Positions 1 to 14,458 of a DNA stretch of 64,000 nt are shown one piece after another (the first letter of the stretch is position 1; the number at the start of each line of letters is the position of its first letter). The position numbers were made by a program, and so were the translations under genes. The notes beneath the pieces were generated by a model. That model saw nothing but the letters and a program-made list of their open reading frames with translations, was not told where the DNA came from and did no database searches. Origin of the DNA: an uncultured Planctomycetota bacterium (lineage in GTDB: Bacteria; Planctomycetota; Planctomycetia; Isosphaerales; Isosphaeraceae); assembly GCA_963823665.1 (NCBI GenBank), contig CAWGMQ010000011.1:384001-448000 (forward strand). The letters are read 5' to 3'.

Positions 1-4544
<4,544 letters not shown>

Positions 4545-4581
4545 TGAAGATGGAGCTCCGAGTGAGAGAACCGGAAGGTCA

Positions 4582-6363
4582 ATGAGCACAAATCGAATAA
4601 CGGCGCTGACGGACATCGGCGCGGTCGACCCGCAGCGGGAGGCCGGTACCCTGAGCGCCACGCCGCCTTCGGCGGCTTCAAGCGACGAACGCATCAACAT
4701 CCTGCTCGTGGACGATGAGCCCAAGAATTTGACCGTGCTCGAGACCGTCCTGGCTGACCCAGCCTACCGCCTGGTCTGCGCGGAATCCGCCGAAGCCGCG
4801 CTGCTCGCGCTTGTTGCGGAGGAGTTCGCGCTCCTGGTGCTCGACATCCAGATGCCGGGCATGAGCGGTTTCGAGCTCGCGCAAATGATCAAACAGCGGA
4901 AGAAGACTGCCGGTGTCCCCATCATCTTCCTCACCGCCTACTACAGCGAAGACCAGCATGTGCTCGAAGGCTACAGCACCGGGGCGGTGGATTACCTGCA
5001 CAAACCAATCAACCCGACAATCCTTCGATCCAAAGTCGCGGTGTTCGCTGAACTGTACCGCAAGAGCCGCGAGTGCACGAGAGCCGGTCACTCGTTGCTG
5101 AACGAAGTAGCCGCGCGCAGGCGCGCCGAAGAGCAACTGCGGCAGATGAACGACGAACTGGAACATCGCGTGGCCGAACGCACGGAAACACTGCGCCAGC
5201 GGGAGCGTGAGTTGCTGACTGCCGAGGAAGCCCTGAAAAGCGCGGACCGGCGGAAGGACCAGTTTCTGGCCACACTTTCGCACGAGCTCAGGAACCCCCT
5301 CGCTCCTCTTCGGAACGGTCTCGAACTGCTCAAGATAACACAGGACCTGGCGACTGAAGTCGACATCCGACAAATGATGGACCGACAGCTTTCCCACATG
5401 GTTCGGCTGATCGACGACCTGCTGGACCTGTCCCGCATCACGAGCGATAAGCTAAGCCTCCGGAAGGAATGGGTGTCGCTGCACACAGTGGTCGAAACTG
5501 CGGTCGAGGCAAGCCGACCAATCATCGAGGCGTCTGAGCACGCCCTGAAGCTTTCACTGCCAGTTGAACCGGTTTGGCTCAGGGCGGACGCGACTCGTGT
5601 TGCCCAGGTGATTACCAACCTCCTTACCAATGCTGCCAAGTACACACCCAATGGGGGCTCAATCGAGCTGGCGGCCGTGGACGGGACTTCGGAAGTCATG
5701 ATTCGCGTTACGGACACGGGACTTGGCATTCCACCTCACTTGTTGGACGACGTGTTCCAGATGTTTAACCAGGTGAACCGCAGTCTTGACCGGTCTCAGG
5801 GGGGGCTCGGCATCGGCCTCGCCCTGGCCAAACGACTTGTCGAACTTCATGCCGGGACGGTCACCGCAGAGAGCCCCGGCCTTGGTCATGGAAGCAGCTT
5901 CACCGTGCGTCTGCCACTCGAGAAGGAATTCGGAGCGGGGACGCGACAAGGAACGAATCACAACGCCACCAGGTCGAAGCTCCCCGCGTCGGGCCGTCGC
6001 GTGCTCGTGGTCGATGACAACGTCGACGCAGCCGTGAGCCTGGCGAAGTTCCTTCAATTAAAAGGACATGAGACGCGGACCGCTCATACCGGCCCGGAGG
6101 CACTTGCGGCGGCTCACGCATTCAAGCCTGGCTTCGTGTTTCTCGACATCGGACTTCCCGGAATGGACGGGTACGAGGTCGCCAGGCGGTTGCGGACGGA
6201 GGCCGCGCTGTGCGGGGCCGTGCTCGTTGCCCTCACCGGTTGGGGAAGCGACGAAGACAAGCGACAGTCGAAGGAAGCCGGCTTTGATTTCCACCTGACA
6301 AAGCCTGTCGATCTTACGGCCGTTGAGAATGTCCTCGCATGCCTGGCGAAGGGTGCGGAGTAG
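4582..6363 (+). CDS. Hybrid sensor kinase/response regulator (REC-HisKA-HATPase_c-REC)
   Basis: ILLVDDE/LLVLDIQMP receiver, FLATLSHELRNPL H-box, NLLTNAAKY, GGLGIGL, C-terminal VLVVDDN receiver. Confidence 0.92.
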   Translation: MSTNRITALTDIGAVDPQREAGTLSATPPSAASSDERINILLVDDEPKNLTVLETVLADPAYRLVCAESAEAALLALVAEEFALLVLDIQMPGMSGFELAQMIKQRKKTAGVPIIFLTAYYSEDQHVLEGYSTGAVDYLHKPINPTILRSKVAVFAELYRKSRECTRAGHSLLNEVAARRRAEEQLRQMNDELEHRVAERTETLRQRERELLTAEEALKSADRRKDQFLATLSHELRNPLAPLRNGLELLKITQDLATEVDIRQMMDRQLSHMVRLIDDLLDLSRITSDKLSLRKEWVSLHTVVETAVEASRPIIEASEHALKLSLPVEPVWLRADATRVAQVITNLLTNAAKYTPNGGSIELAAVDGTSEVMIRVTDTGLGIPPHLLDDVFQMFNQVNRSLDRSQGGLGIGLALAKRLVELHAGTVTAESPGLGHGSSFTVRLPLEKEFGAGTRQGTNHNATRSKLPASGRRVLVVDDNVDAAVSLAKFLQLKGHETRTAHTGPEALAAAHAFKPGFVFLDIGLPGMDGYEVARRLRTEAALCGAVLVALTGWGSDEDKRQSKEAGFDFHLTKPVDLTAVENVLACLAKGAE

Positions 6364-6556
6364 CTCTGCTCCGAAGATCCCTCGACCGAGTCATTCCCAG
6401 GGCTCCAGGGTGATGCTTTCGGAAATTGGTCGCAAGGATGTCGAACTTGCCGATGGAGACCTCGCCTTGTGGTCGTTTCTCTGCCATCACGGTTCTTCCA
6501 AAAGTCGGCGCACGCGGGTTGCTTCTCGAGCAGGTCGGCCGGTGTCCCGTCCAAAT

Positions 6557-7342
6557 CTAAGAGCTGCGCGATACTTCGACGCTTTGCTCGACCATTTTGC
6601 TTCGACACCACAGCGTCGACATCGCGACGTCGGCCGCGTCGCGTCCGTGTGCGATGGGGATCAATGCCGGTCGCTCATCAGCGAGCGTGGCATCCAAGTT
6701 GTGCCAGGCACCACCCAAGTAAACCTGTGCGTATCCATGGAAGTCGGGTGCCTCAAGGCCTAATGCATACCCCGAAACATAGCGCGCGGGGATATCCAAC
6801 CCGCGGCAGAACGCGATCACCAGATGCGCGAAGTCGCGGCATACCCCGATGCGCTCCGTCGCCGTGTCGTACGCTGAGGTCATCGCGTCAGTCGTCCCGT
6901 AGCGGTATTCGACATGTTGGCGCACCCACGCAGCAATCGCTCGAACGCGGTCCGCACCGGGCGTCAGTCCACCGAACTCGTCGATCGCCATTCGTGCAAG
7001 TAAGTCGGATTGGCAGTACCGGGAAGGCAACGTATAGATCGCCGCATCAGCCGGCAACTCCTGCGGCGAGTGCTCGACGGCGACTGGCGGCACTCCGGTA
7101 TTGGGCTCGACATCAACTTGTGCATTGAACTCGAAACTAAATCGCCCTTGCGGCAGTGCCAGCAACCGAACGGTATTGCCATAGAAGTCCTGCCGACACT
7201 CGGATGCTACCATCGGGGTAGTCACGACGCTCGAGCGGGTGACACGATGGGCGGCGCCCTGCATCGCTGGTTCAACCATCAGCCACAAGTAAGAAGCGGA
7301 CTCGAGCTCATATGTGGTCGTGGCGCGAACACAGAGAACCAT
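6557..7342 (-). CDS. Transglutaminase-like family protein
   Basis: GVCRDFAHL, PARYVSGY, DFHGYAQV and WHNLDAT supply the Cys-His-Asp triad motifs. Confidence 0.9.
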   Translation of the reverse strand: MVLCVRATTTYELESASYLWLMVEPAMQGAAHRVTRSSVVTTPMVASECRQDFYGNTVRLLALPQGRFSFEFNAQVDVEPNTGVPPVAVEHSPQELPADAAIYTLPSRYCQSDLLARMAIDEFGGLTPGADRVRAIAAWVRQHVEYRYGTTDAMTSAYDTATERIGVCRDFAHLVIAFCRGLDIPARYVSGYALGLEAPDFHGYAQVYLGGAWHNLDATLADERPALIPIAHGRDAADVAMSTLWCRSKMVEQSVEVSRSS

Positions 7343-7711
7343 TCAAGCGGCTCCGAGATGAATCGTCGTTTTCGACTCCGTCCAACGTCTTGGCACGAGC
7401 ATGCCGGCCCGAGCTCGCGGCATAGTGTAGCCGCCGGTTGTGCCACGGTATACGCGGAAGCCCCGTCGATGGAGGCACTGTCGGACCGGCGACGATTCTT
7501 CATCCACTGCGCCGAGTCGGACGCCGGTCGTCAGCCCGCTGGTCCACCAGCAAACGCGGGGCCTCCTGATCCGATGAGGATCTCTGGCTCAGCTTGCCCG
7601 GGACCGGGGGATTGTTTCCGACTTCAAGGAACGGTCCAATGGCCTGAGTCGGCCCCCGCGCGATCACCTCGAGCCGCGCGCCTCACAGGGCCTGATTCCG
7701 AGGAACCTACC

Positions 7712-9013
7712 ATGATGAACGGGACCACTCCGTGCACGCGGCGGCGGATCTTGGGCGGAGCCGCCGGTGCAGTCGCCTTTCCCACAATTGTCCCCAGCAC
7801 CGTCTTCGGGACCGCGCGCACGGCTCCGCCGAGCGAGCGGATCACGGTCGGTTACATCGGCTGCGGCAAGATGGCCAACGACTACCATCTTCCGGAGTTG
7901 CTCAGTTTCGGCGACGTCCAGGCGCTGGCCGTGTGTGAGGTCGACCGCACCCGTCGCGAACATGCCAAGAAGCGCGTCGAAAAGGCGTATAGCGGGAAAA
8001 CTGAGTACAAGGGATGCGAAACGTACATCGACTTCCGTGAGCTGATCGGCCGGTCGGACATCGACGCCGTGTGCATTGCCACGCCGGAGCACTGGCACGC
8101 GATTCCGGCGATCGAGGCGATGAAGGCGGGCAAGGATGTGTACTGCGAGAAACCACTCACCCTGACGCTGGCGGAGGCCAAGCGGTGCATCGACGCTGCG
8201 CGGAAGTACAACCGTGTTTTCCAAACCGGCAGCCAGCAGCGGTCGAACGTCTTCGGGCCGTTCCGCGAGGCGGTCGAGATCATCCGGAGCGGGCGGCTGG
8301 GCCAGATCCAGAGCGTGACCGTGGGCGTGGGCGGTCCGAGCAAGTGGTGCGACCTGCCCGGCGAGGACGCGGAGCTAGGCCTCGACTGGGACCGGTGGCT
8401 CGGTCCCGCGCCCATGCGACCGTACAACGCGATCCTCAGTCCCCGCGGCGTCCACAAGCACTTCCCCGACTGGCGCGGCTACCGCGAGTACGCCGGCGGC
8501 GGACACTCCGACATGGGCGCCCACCATTACGACATTGCTCAGTGGTGCCTGGGCATGGATGAATCGGGACCGGTCGAGATCATCCCGCCGCTCGATCCCA
8601 AAGCGGGCCACGGCGTGATCTACCGCTATGCCAATGGCGTGACCATGATCCACGGCGGACCCAGCGGCTGCACGTTCACCGGCAGCGAAGGAACTCTTCG
8701 GATTGACCGCGACCACCTCTCGAGCGATCCGGTAAAGATCGTGAAGGAGCCGCTCAAGAAAAGCGAGTTGCACCTGCCGTCCTCGCCGGGCCACCATCGC
8801 GATTGGATCGACTGCATTCGCTCGCGCAAGCGGCCGGTAGCCGATGTCGAGATCGGATCTCGGTCCGTGGCGATTCCAATCCTCGGCAACATCGCCTACT
8901 GGAATCATGCCGTGCTGCACTGGGATCCGAAGAAATGGGAGTTCACCGACGCCGACGCCAACAAGTGGCTCGACCGCGAGCGCCGCGACCCGTGGAAGCT
9001 GCCGACACTCTGA
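7712..9013 (+). CDS. Gfo/Idh/MocA family oxidoreductase, Tat-exported
   Basis: TRRRILG twin-arginine signal, GYIGCG Rossmann motif, IATPEHWH, DVYCEKP, DMGAHHYD. Confidence 0.92.
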   Translation: MMNGTTPCTRRRILGGAAGAVAFPTIVPSTVFGTARTAPPSERITVGYIGCGKMANDYHLPELLSFGDVQALAVCEVDRTRREHAKKRVEKAYSGKTEYKGCETYIDFRELIGRSDIDAVCIATPEHWHAIPAIEAMKAGKDVYCEKPLTLTLAEAKRCIDAARKYNRVFQTGSQQRSNVFGPFREAVEIIRSGRLGQIQSVTVGVGGPSKWCDLPGEDAELGLDWDRWLGPAPMRPYNAILSPRGVHKHFPDWRGYREYAGGGHSDMGAHHYDIAQWCLGMDESGPVEIIPPLDPKAGHGVIYRYANGVTMIHGGPSGCTFTGSEGTLRIDRDHLSSDPVKIVKEPLKKSELHLPSSPGHHRDWIDCIRSRKRPVADVEIGSRSVAIPILGNIAYWNHAVLHWDPKKWEFTDADANKWLDRERRDPWKLPTL

Positions 9014-9060
9014 CCCAACGCTGTCGTCGTTGCGCCTGCCAACGATTGGAAGAAGCTATT

Positions 9061-9342
9061 ATGGACCCGAAGTTCAAAGCTATGGAAGTCGTCACGGTGA
9101 TCGGGGAGGACAACGCCGCTTGCACGAATCGTTGTCTAGCCGTCGGGATTGGCTTCGTGACTGGGCGGAGCGATGAATATGAGGACGGGCATCGAGACGA
9201 CGCAGTGCACTTCAATACTTTCGGGGAAACGATGGCCATCCCAGAGGGGAGCTTGGAGTCCCTGGGCAGGATCGCCGATCCAGGCGAGGTTGTAACTCGG
9301 AGCCGAGCGCATCGTGGTCGGGGAGGCGGCAGCGGAGCGTGA
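9061..9342 (+). CDS. Small protein resembling polymorphic-toxin immunity protein Imm31
   Basis: KFKAMEVVTV...GFVTGRS...AVHF...IPEGSLESLG resembles the Imm31 pattern as I recall it; not searched. Confidence 0.5.
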   Translation: MDPKFKAMEVVTVIGEDNAACTNRCLAVGIGFVTGRSDEYEDGHRDDAVHFNTFGETMAIPEGSLESLGRIADPGEVVTRSRAHRGRGGGSGA

Positions 9343-9452
9343 GAACATCGAGGTCAGGCTGAACGGAGTTGAACCAACTGCAAAGTCATGGAATGCTCTC
9401 GCTGGCGTGCGGATGCAAGGGGGTGCTGGGTTGCGATCTCATAACCCTAGAG

Positions 9453-10028
9453 TCAGGCGTTCGAGTCACCGCCGCGGTGATCCGATCTCAGCGGTTCGCA
9501 GTTGCTTGCAACGGTGCGAGTTGTCTTGCAGGCCATCCGGCCGAGCAATCCGCCGGTAAGAGCGACCGAGATCTGAATCAGCATGGACGGCGCGAAGAAT
9601 ATCGGGATAAGTATAAATATGATCGTATATCGAAGAATTACAGCTCGTTCGGTGAAGATAGGCCCGAACGCGAAATCCAACAGCCACTCGGGGCACCAGG
9701 TGATGCAGTAAGCGGCGTAATGGATCGACATTCCGTGCATCTGGTCGGGAATCCAGAAGTAGCACCCGCAGTGGACAAGGACGGCCAGGGCGCCAGTCAT
9801 TAGAAAGCCGATGAGAAAAGGGCGGTTCTTGCCGCGCACCGCAATGAGGCGAAGAAGCCCGAGGGCGAGGATATTCACCATGATAAAGACGCTTCCCACA
9901 GCGTGCGCCTGAGCAACGAATCGTGCGTCAGCGCTGGCCATGTCCATCAGGCGCAGGAGGCTGAAGTCGGTGGCGACGATCGCCACGATGAACATGAGCG
10001 TGAAGATCGAGAACGAGGGACGCTTCAT
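9453..10028 (-). CDS. Hypothetical membrane protein
   Basis: 191 aa with several hydrophobic segments; N-terminus FSIFTLMFIVAIVA. Confidence 0.7.
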   Translation of the reverse strand: MKRPSFSIFTLMFIVAIVATDFSLLRLMDMASADARFVAQAHAVGSVFIMVNILALGLLRLIAVRGKNRPFLIGFLMTGALAVLVHCGCYFWIPDQMHGMSIHYAAYCITWCPEWLLDFAFGPIFTERAVILRYTIIFILIPIFFAPSMLIQISVALTGGLLGRMACKTTRTVASNCEPLRSDHRGGDSNA

Positions 10029-10226
10029 CCATACTCCCGTAAGGTCGGCGATGGCTGGCGCTTCATAATAAGCGAGCCGCGTTGCCTCCGGTATCCGTTT
10101 GCTCGATCGGCCGAAGGCGGGAAAAAACCTTGGACGCCAACAACGTTGCGTGAGGTAGGTGGCATCAAACGGGGTAAGCGTTATAGGACGAGATTTGTCG
10201 GAACCGTTCGGTCGAACGCGCCGTGT

Positions 10227-10620
10227 TTAAATCTTCGGGGTAACGCGACACGCTGCTGGCGAGTCGGTCGCAGTGCCTTTGCTCGCCATTCCCGGCCGGA
10301 TCGTACTCAGGGGCGAGGGGTCGCCCTGGCAGACGAAGGCGCCCCAGTCAAACGGGTCAGGGTGCTTGGCCATCACCGCGAGCTGCGCCTCGCAGAGCGC
10401 TTCGGCGCGGGCCTGCCCGGCCATCAGGCGGCCACGGCCGCAGTTTCCCGGCCAGTCGCGGCGTACAGGGCTGCCAATTGGCTCAGGCTTTGAACGTGAT
10501 CCGGATGATTGTCACCCAGGGCTGCTTCAACAATCGAAGTCGCTTTGCGCAGGAGGTACTCGGCCGCATCGTAGTCGCCCTTGGCAAAGTGCATTTCTCC
10601 CAGGGTGCGAAGGGCCCGGG
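10227..10620 (-). pseudogene. Internally deleted TPR-CHAT gene remnant
   Basis: Minus strand reads a kinesin-light-chain-type TPR (ALRTLGEMHFAKGDYDAAEYLLRKATSIVEAALGDNHPDHVQSLSQLAALYAATG), joined out of frame to a CHAT C-terminus (AEALCEAQLAVMAKHPDPFDWGAFVCQGDP). Confidence 0.75.
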
Positions 10621-11081
10621 CTTAGTCGGGATGATGCATAGAGGCGGATAATGTCCTGGATGAGCGGCCAGATGTCCATCGACGTACCTTTGGGGGTTCG
10701 AGTCACCGAACGACCCATGCCGAATCTCGCCCCGACATGCCGTAGTCTACCAGACCCGGGATGTCCATGAGGAAGGCGATGCAGCGAGCCCGCGCCCGAC
10801 GCTTCCGCGGTTTCTTGATTTTTGCTCCCGGACCGAAAAAGTGGACTAAGCTTGACATAGACTTCCCCGATCGAATTCGACACTGATTGTCGAGGATTGC
10901 TAGGAACGGGCTGGACTTCTCATTTTTCGCAGCGAGTACGACGGTACGGGAGCCGGTGTGGCTGTCTACCGCAGAATCGTCGAACGACGTAGCGGCGCGA
11001 TCGCGGCTTGGAGCACACGCGGAGAGGGTTCTCCATTTAAAGTCAGATTGGCGGTCAAGCAACCGAACGAGGTAACACCCG

Positions 11082-11555
11082 ATGGATGAGAATGGCAAGA
11101 CGATCTCGATACTCATCGCCGACGACGACGCTGACGATCGCCTCATGGCGAAGGAGGCTCTGGAAGAGTGCCGGCTGGCCAACAATCTCGACTTCGTAGG
11201 TGACGGCGTCGAGTTGCTGGAATACCTTCGCGCCCGAGGCCGTTACGCGACCACCGGGGTGGCGAAAAGGCCGGGCTTGATCATTCTCGACCTCAATATG
11301 CCGAAGATGGACGGCCGCGAGGCGCTACGGGAGATCAAGGCAGACCCATCGTTGCGGCGAATTCCGATCGTGGTGATGACGACGTCAAAGGCAGAAGAGG
11401 ACATCTATCGCACCTACGACCTCGGCGTCAACGCGTTCATCTCGAAGCCGGTCACCTTCGAGGGCTTGGTCGACGTCATGAGGGTGATGGGGTCGTTCTG
11501 GTTCGAGGTCGTAGCGCTTCCGGCAGTGGGTGGAGCGGAGGAAAATCGTGCATGA
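11082..11555 (+). CDS. Single-domain response regulator (Rcp1-like)
   Basis: ILIADDD, IILDLNMPKMDG, IPIVVMTTS, YDLGVNAFISKP. Confidence 0.92.
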   Translation: MDENGKTISILIADDDADDRLMAKEALEECRLANNLDFVGDGVELLEYLRARGRYATTGVAKRPGLIILDLNMPKMDGREALREIKADPSLRRIPIVVMTTSKAEEDIYRTYDLGVNAFISKPVTFEGLVDVMRVMGSFWFEVVALPAVGGAEENRA

Positions 11556-11599
11556 GGCACAACCGATTCGTTTCGGGGACGCCACGTTTGGCGCGGGTC

Positions 11600-12739
11600 T
11601 TAATTGGGTGCCTTGGGGATCAACGTTTTGAGTATGCGAAGCCCCACTGCGTCGACGGCACCCAACGAACCGAGGGAGGGGCCGCCGTTGGCCAGCACGA
11701 CTACCGCGATCTTCGGTTCCTTGATGAACCCGACGAAGCTGCTAAAACCGCCGGTTCCGCCGTTGTGCCAGTACAGTTCGCGCTCTCCGCTGTCCTTGGG
11801 GAGTTTGGTGATCAACCAACCAAGGCCCATCCGCGTTCCCTTGGCCGGCCCATCCCGCCGCGGCTTCTGAGTGAGCTCCATGGCGGGACGCAGCTTCGAG
11901 TCTTTAACGCCCAGCTCGGCGGTGAGAAAGATCAGCATGTCGTCGACGGTCGAGTTGAGCGCACCGCAGCCGGCCAGTACGTCGAATGTCCAGCGGGCCG
12001 CAGGCTTGTTGCCGAACGCATATGGCTTGGCCAGACGTTTTTCTTGATCGGCGGTGAGCTTGATTCGTGTGTCGTTCATGCCGAGCGGCTCGGTGATTCG
12101 GTTTGCGATCAACTGCTCGTAGTCGACACCCGCGCAGCGCGCCAGGGCGTGGCCGAGTAAGCCAACGCCGACGTTCGAATAGTCCCACTTTGACCCAATG
12201 TCTTGCTTGGGCTTCCATTCCTTGAGGAAGTCGTAAAGGTCCTTGTCTCGATAGTTGGCGTAGGGGTTGCCTGAAGCGAGACCGCCGAACAACAGTTTCA
12301 CGGGCAAGCGCGGCAGGCCGGACGTGTGCGTTGCCAGGTCTTCCAAGGTGATCGCCCTGCCGGCGCGCGTTGCGACCTTCACGTCTGCCGGAAGGTATTG
12401 CTCGACTGGATCGTCGATGTGCAGCAAGCCCTCTTGAGCAAGTTGCGCCAGTGCGAGCGACGTGAAGACCTTGGTCCCGGAGCCGATTTCGAAGATGGTC
12501 TTGGCGTCCGGCGTCTTGTCAACTTCCAGGGCCGTTCGGCCGAAGCCGAAGACTCGTGTTTTGTCGCCCTCGAGTACGCCGATGACCACGCCGACGCTCT
12601 GTTTTTTTTCAAACAGCGGTTTAACAAGGGCTTCGGCTTGTGCGTGGATGTCGGCGGGTTTCGCCCTGGACGCGTCGCCTCCGAGCGAGGGCAAGGCGAG
12701 CGCAAAGCAGAGTCCGGGGACGGCCAGCAGCACCTTCAC
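11600..12739 (-). CDS. Serine hydrolase, beta-lactamase/AmpH-like family, secreted
   Basis: Signal peptide, SxxK (IGSGTK), LATHTSGL, YSN, WHNGGTGG. Confidence 0.9.
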   Translation of the reverse strand: MKVLLAVPGLCFALALPSLGGDASRAKPADIHAQAEALVKPLFEKKQSVGVVIGVLEGDKTRVFGFGRTALEVDKTPDAKTIFEIGSGTKVFTSLALAQLAQEGLLHIDDPVEQYLPADVKVATRAGRAITLEDLATHTSGLPRLPVKLLFGGLASGNPYANYRDKDLYDFLKEWKPKQDIGSKWDYSNVGVGLLGHALARCAGVDYEQLIANRITEPLGMNDTRIKLTADQEKRLAKPYAFGNKPAARWTFDVLAGCGALNSTVDDMLIFLTAELGVKDSKLRPAMELTQKPRRDGPAKGTRMGLGWLITKLPKDSGERELYWHNGGTGGFSSFVGFIKEPKIAVVVLANGGPSLGSLGAVDAVGLRILKTLIPKAPN

Positions 12740-12770
12740 GGTTTTTTGCCTCAGTTCTCGATTTTACTTT

Positions 12771-12798
12771 GTTAGTTGTTCGTCGTTGGTTGTTAGTT
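12771..12798 (+). repeat. Short heptamer tandem repeat (GTTNGTY x4)
   Basis: GTTAGTT GTTCGTC GTTGGTT GTTAGTT. Confidence 0.6.
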
Positions 12799-12890
12799 AT
12801 TAAGCGAGTAATTGACATCCGCGATGCCCTGGCACGCCACAACAAATGGGCGCGGAAGATCGCCAACTCCATTTCTTCCCATGGGCAGGG

Positions 12891-12909
12891 TGTACATACT
12901 AGCTGTACA
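12891..12909. promoter_or_regulatory. Tandem TGTACA palindromes, possible operator
   Basis: TGTACA-TACTAGC-TGTACA, 33 bp upstream of the 12942 start. Confidence 0.35.
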
Positions 12910-12941
12910 TTTTCGGTCGGTGAGTAACGGAGATCAGCAAC

Positions 12942-13400
12942 GTGGATCGCGATGATGCGCTCAAACTGCTCAAGGGCGGGGAGAAAGGCATTGCCAAGTG
13001 GAATCAATGGCGCGAGGCAGGTGGGCAACCGCCAGACCTCCGGGACGTCGATCTCCGTCGGGCGAACCTTGGATGCGCGAACCTTGGCCGCGCCTGTCTA
13101 GTCGGCGCCAACCTGCAAGCCGCTGACTTTAGCGCCGCCAACCTCGACCACGCCGACCTTAGCGGTGCCGACCTTATCGGCGCTAACCTCCGGGGCGCTG
13201 ACTGTAGAGAAGCGACGTTCGTCGGCGCCTGGCTCCTGCTCACCACCCTGGCGGGCGCCACGCTCCGCGGCGCCGACCTCGGCCATGCCCAATGTCTATC
13301 GACAGTGTTCGCCGACGTTGACCTGTCGGAAGTCGAGGGTATAGACCACGCGATTCGCACGTACGACAAGCTTGTGCTGATCGCAAGCGAGCCACGTTGA
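12942..13400 (+). pseudogene. Pentapeptide-repeat/TIR protein with internal deletion
   Basis: WNQWRE N-terminus, A(D/N)LXX pentapeptides, then FADVDLSEVEG fused directly to IDHAIRTYDKLVLIASE (internal TIR segment) and a stop. Confidence 0.7.
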
Positions 13401-13432
13401 GCACTGACGCTTTCGTGCGAACGGCCCGGAAA

Positions 13433-14273
13433 TTATTCAAAGCACTCATTCAACACCTTCGCCAGCCTGATGCCGGCCCGGTACATTCTCTCCTTGGCCC
13501 TCGGGATGTTCTTGTTGTGGTAGTCGAGCCCAAGCTTCGTCCCCGACTTGATCCGCTCGCCCGTTAGAGGGGCCTGGTAGGCTTCCCTGGCGGCCAGCAG
13601 AGACTCCGTGGCCCCAATCCTCAACCGTGCCCGCGGGCACGTCCCGGGGGTTCTGAGGCGACGAGAGCGACGTGAGCCCTTTCAGCCAGTATTCCTCGTC
13701 CGTGCTGACTCGCTCGATCATCCCGCCATCCCACAGCGATTGCATGTTCGTGCCCCGGTCAAAGTACCGCACCTGCGTGTCGTTCCCGCCCCGGTCGTGG
13801 TTGTCCCCGACGTGCAACGGCATGTGCATATCCTCGATGCAATGGATCAGGAACCGCAGCGCGAAGCGTCGCTCCTCGACAGGCTTGGACTTGTCCTTCA
13901 CCACCTTCCGGAACTCGTTGATCTTGTCGACCACGCAGCCCTTCTTCGGATCGTCTGCTGACCACTTGGCGTCATACGCGGGTTCGTCCAAGGGAACGTC
14001 CACGTAGTGCCAGGGGGCAGTCTTGGGCAACCTCCGTCGGTTCTCATCGGCCCAGAGCGAGGCGTCTGCGATCGTCTCGTTCGGGTCGAGCAACTCCGCT
14101 AGCGCATCCCGGGCCTTCTCGGTCATGTGCTTCTTGGCGAGCCGCGAGATCACGCGGTGGCCGAGACGGCCCCATGCCCAGGCGGGGGTCGCGGACTGAA
14201 GGGCGATCAGCAGTGTCAGGAGAATGACGAGCCACGAACGGCGGTACGAGCGGTGGCGGCGGAAGCAGGCCAT
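13433..14273 (-). CDS. S1/P1 nuclease, secreted (one frameshift at ~13610)
   Basis: AWAWGRLGH, WAD, WHYVD, HCIEDMHMPLH; C-terminal RAGIRLAKVLN in ORF 13433-13624. Confidence 0.88.
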
Positions 14274-14410
14274 GATCGGCTCCGATTGAACTCCAGGCTG
14301 CGGTGTTGAGCGCGGTCGGACGTAGGATTATCATCTTCTGATTGGGACCTCGCAAGCGGCGGGGATGGTCATCCATGGACTCGGTGCGGGGCGATTGCGG
14401 CACTGCGCAC

Positions 14411-14439
14411 TTGAAAGGCGTTACACTAGATGGTGTAAT
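14411..14439 (+). promoter_or_regulatory. Sigma70-like promoter overlapped by inverted-repeat operator for ArsR gene
   Basis: TTGAAA (14411-14416)-N17-TGTAAT (14434-14439); perfect IR TTACAC-N6-GTGTAA at 14421-14438. Confidence 0.65.
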
Positions 14440-14458
14440 TATGTTCGAGTTCATTCCG

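Noticed and set aside
6390..6490. Short minus-strand fragment MAEKRPQGEVSIGKFDILAT resembling a planctomycete hypothetical N-terminus
   Set aside because: About 20 codons, similarity from memory only; too weak to call.
10100..10225. Possible IS end
   Set aside because: No transposase, partner inverted repeat or target duplication found.
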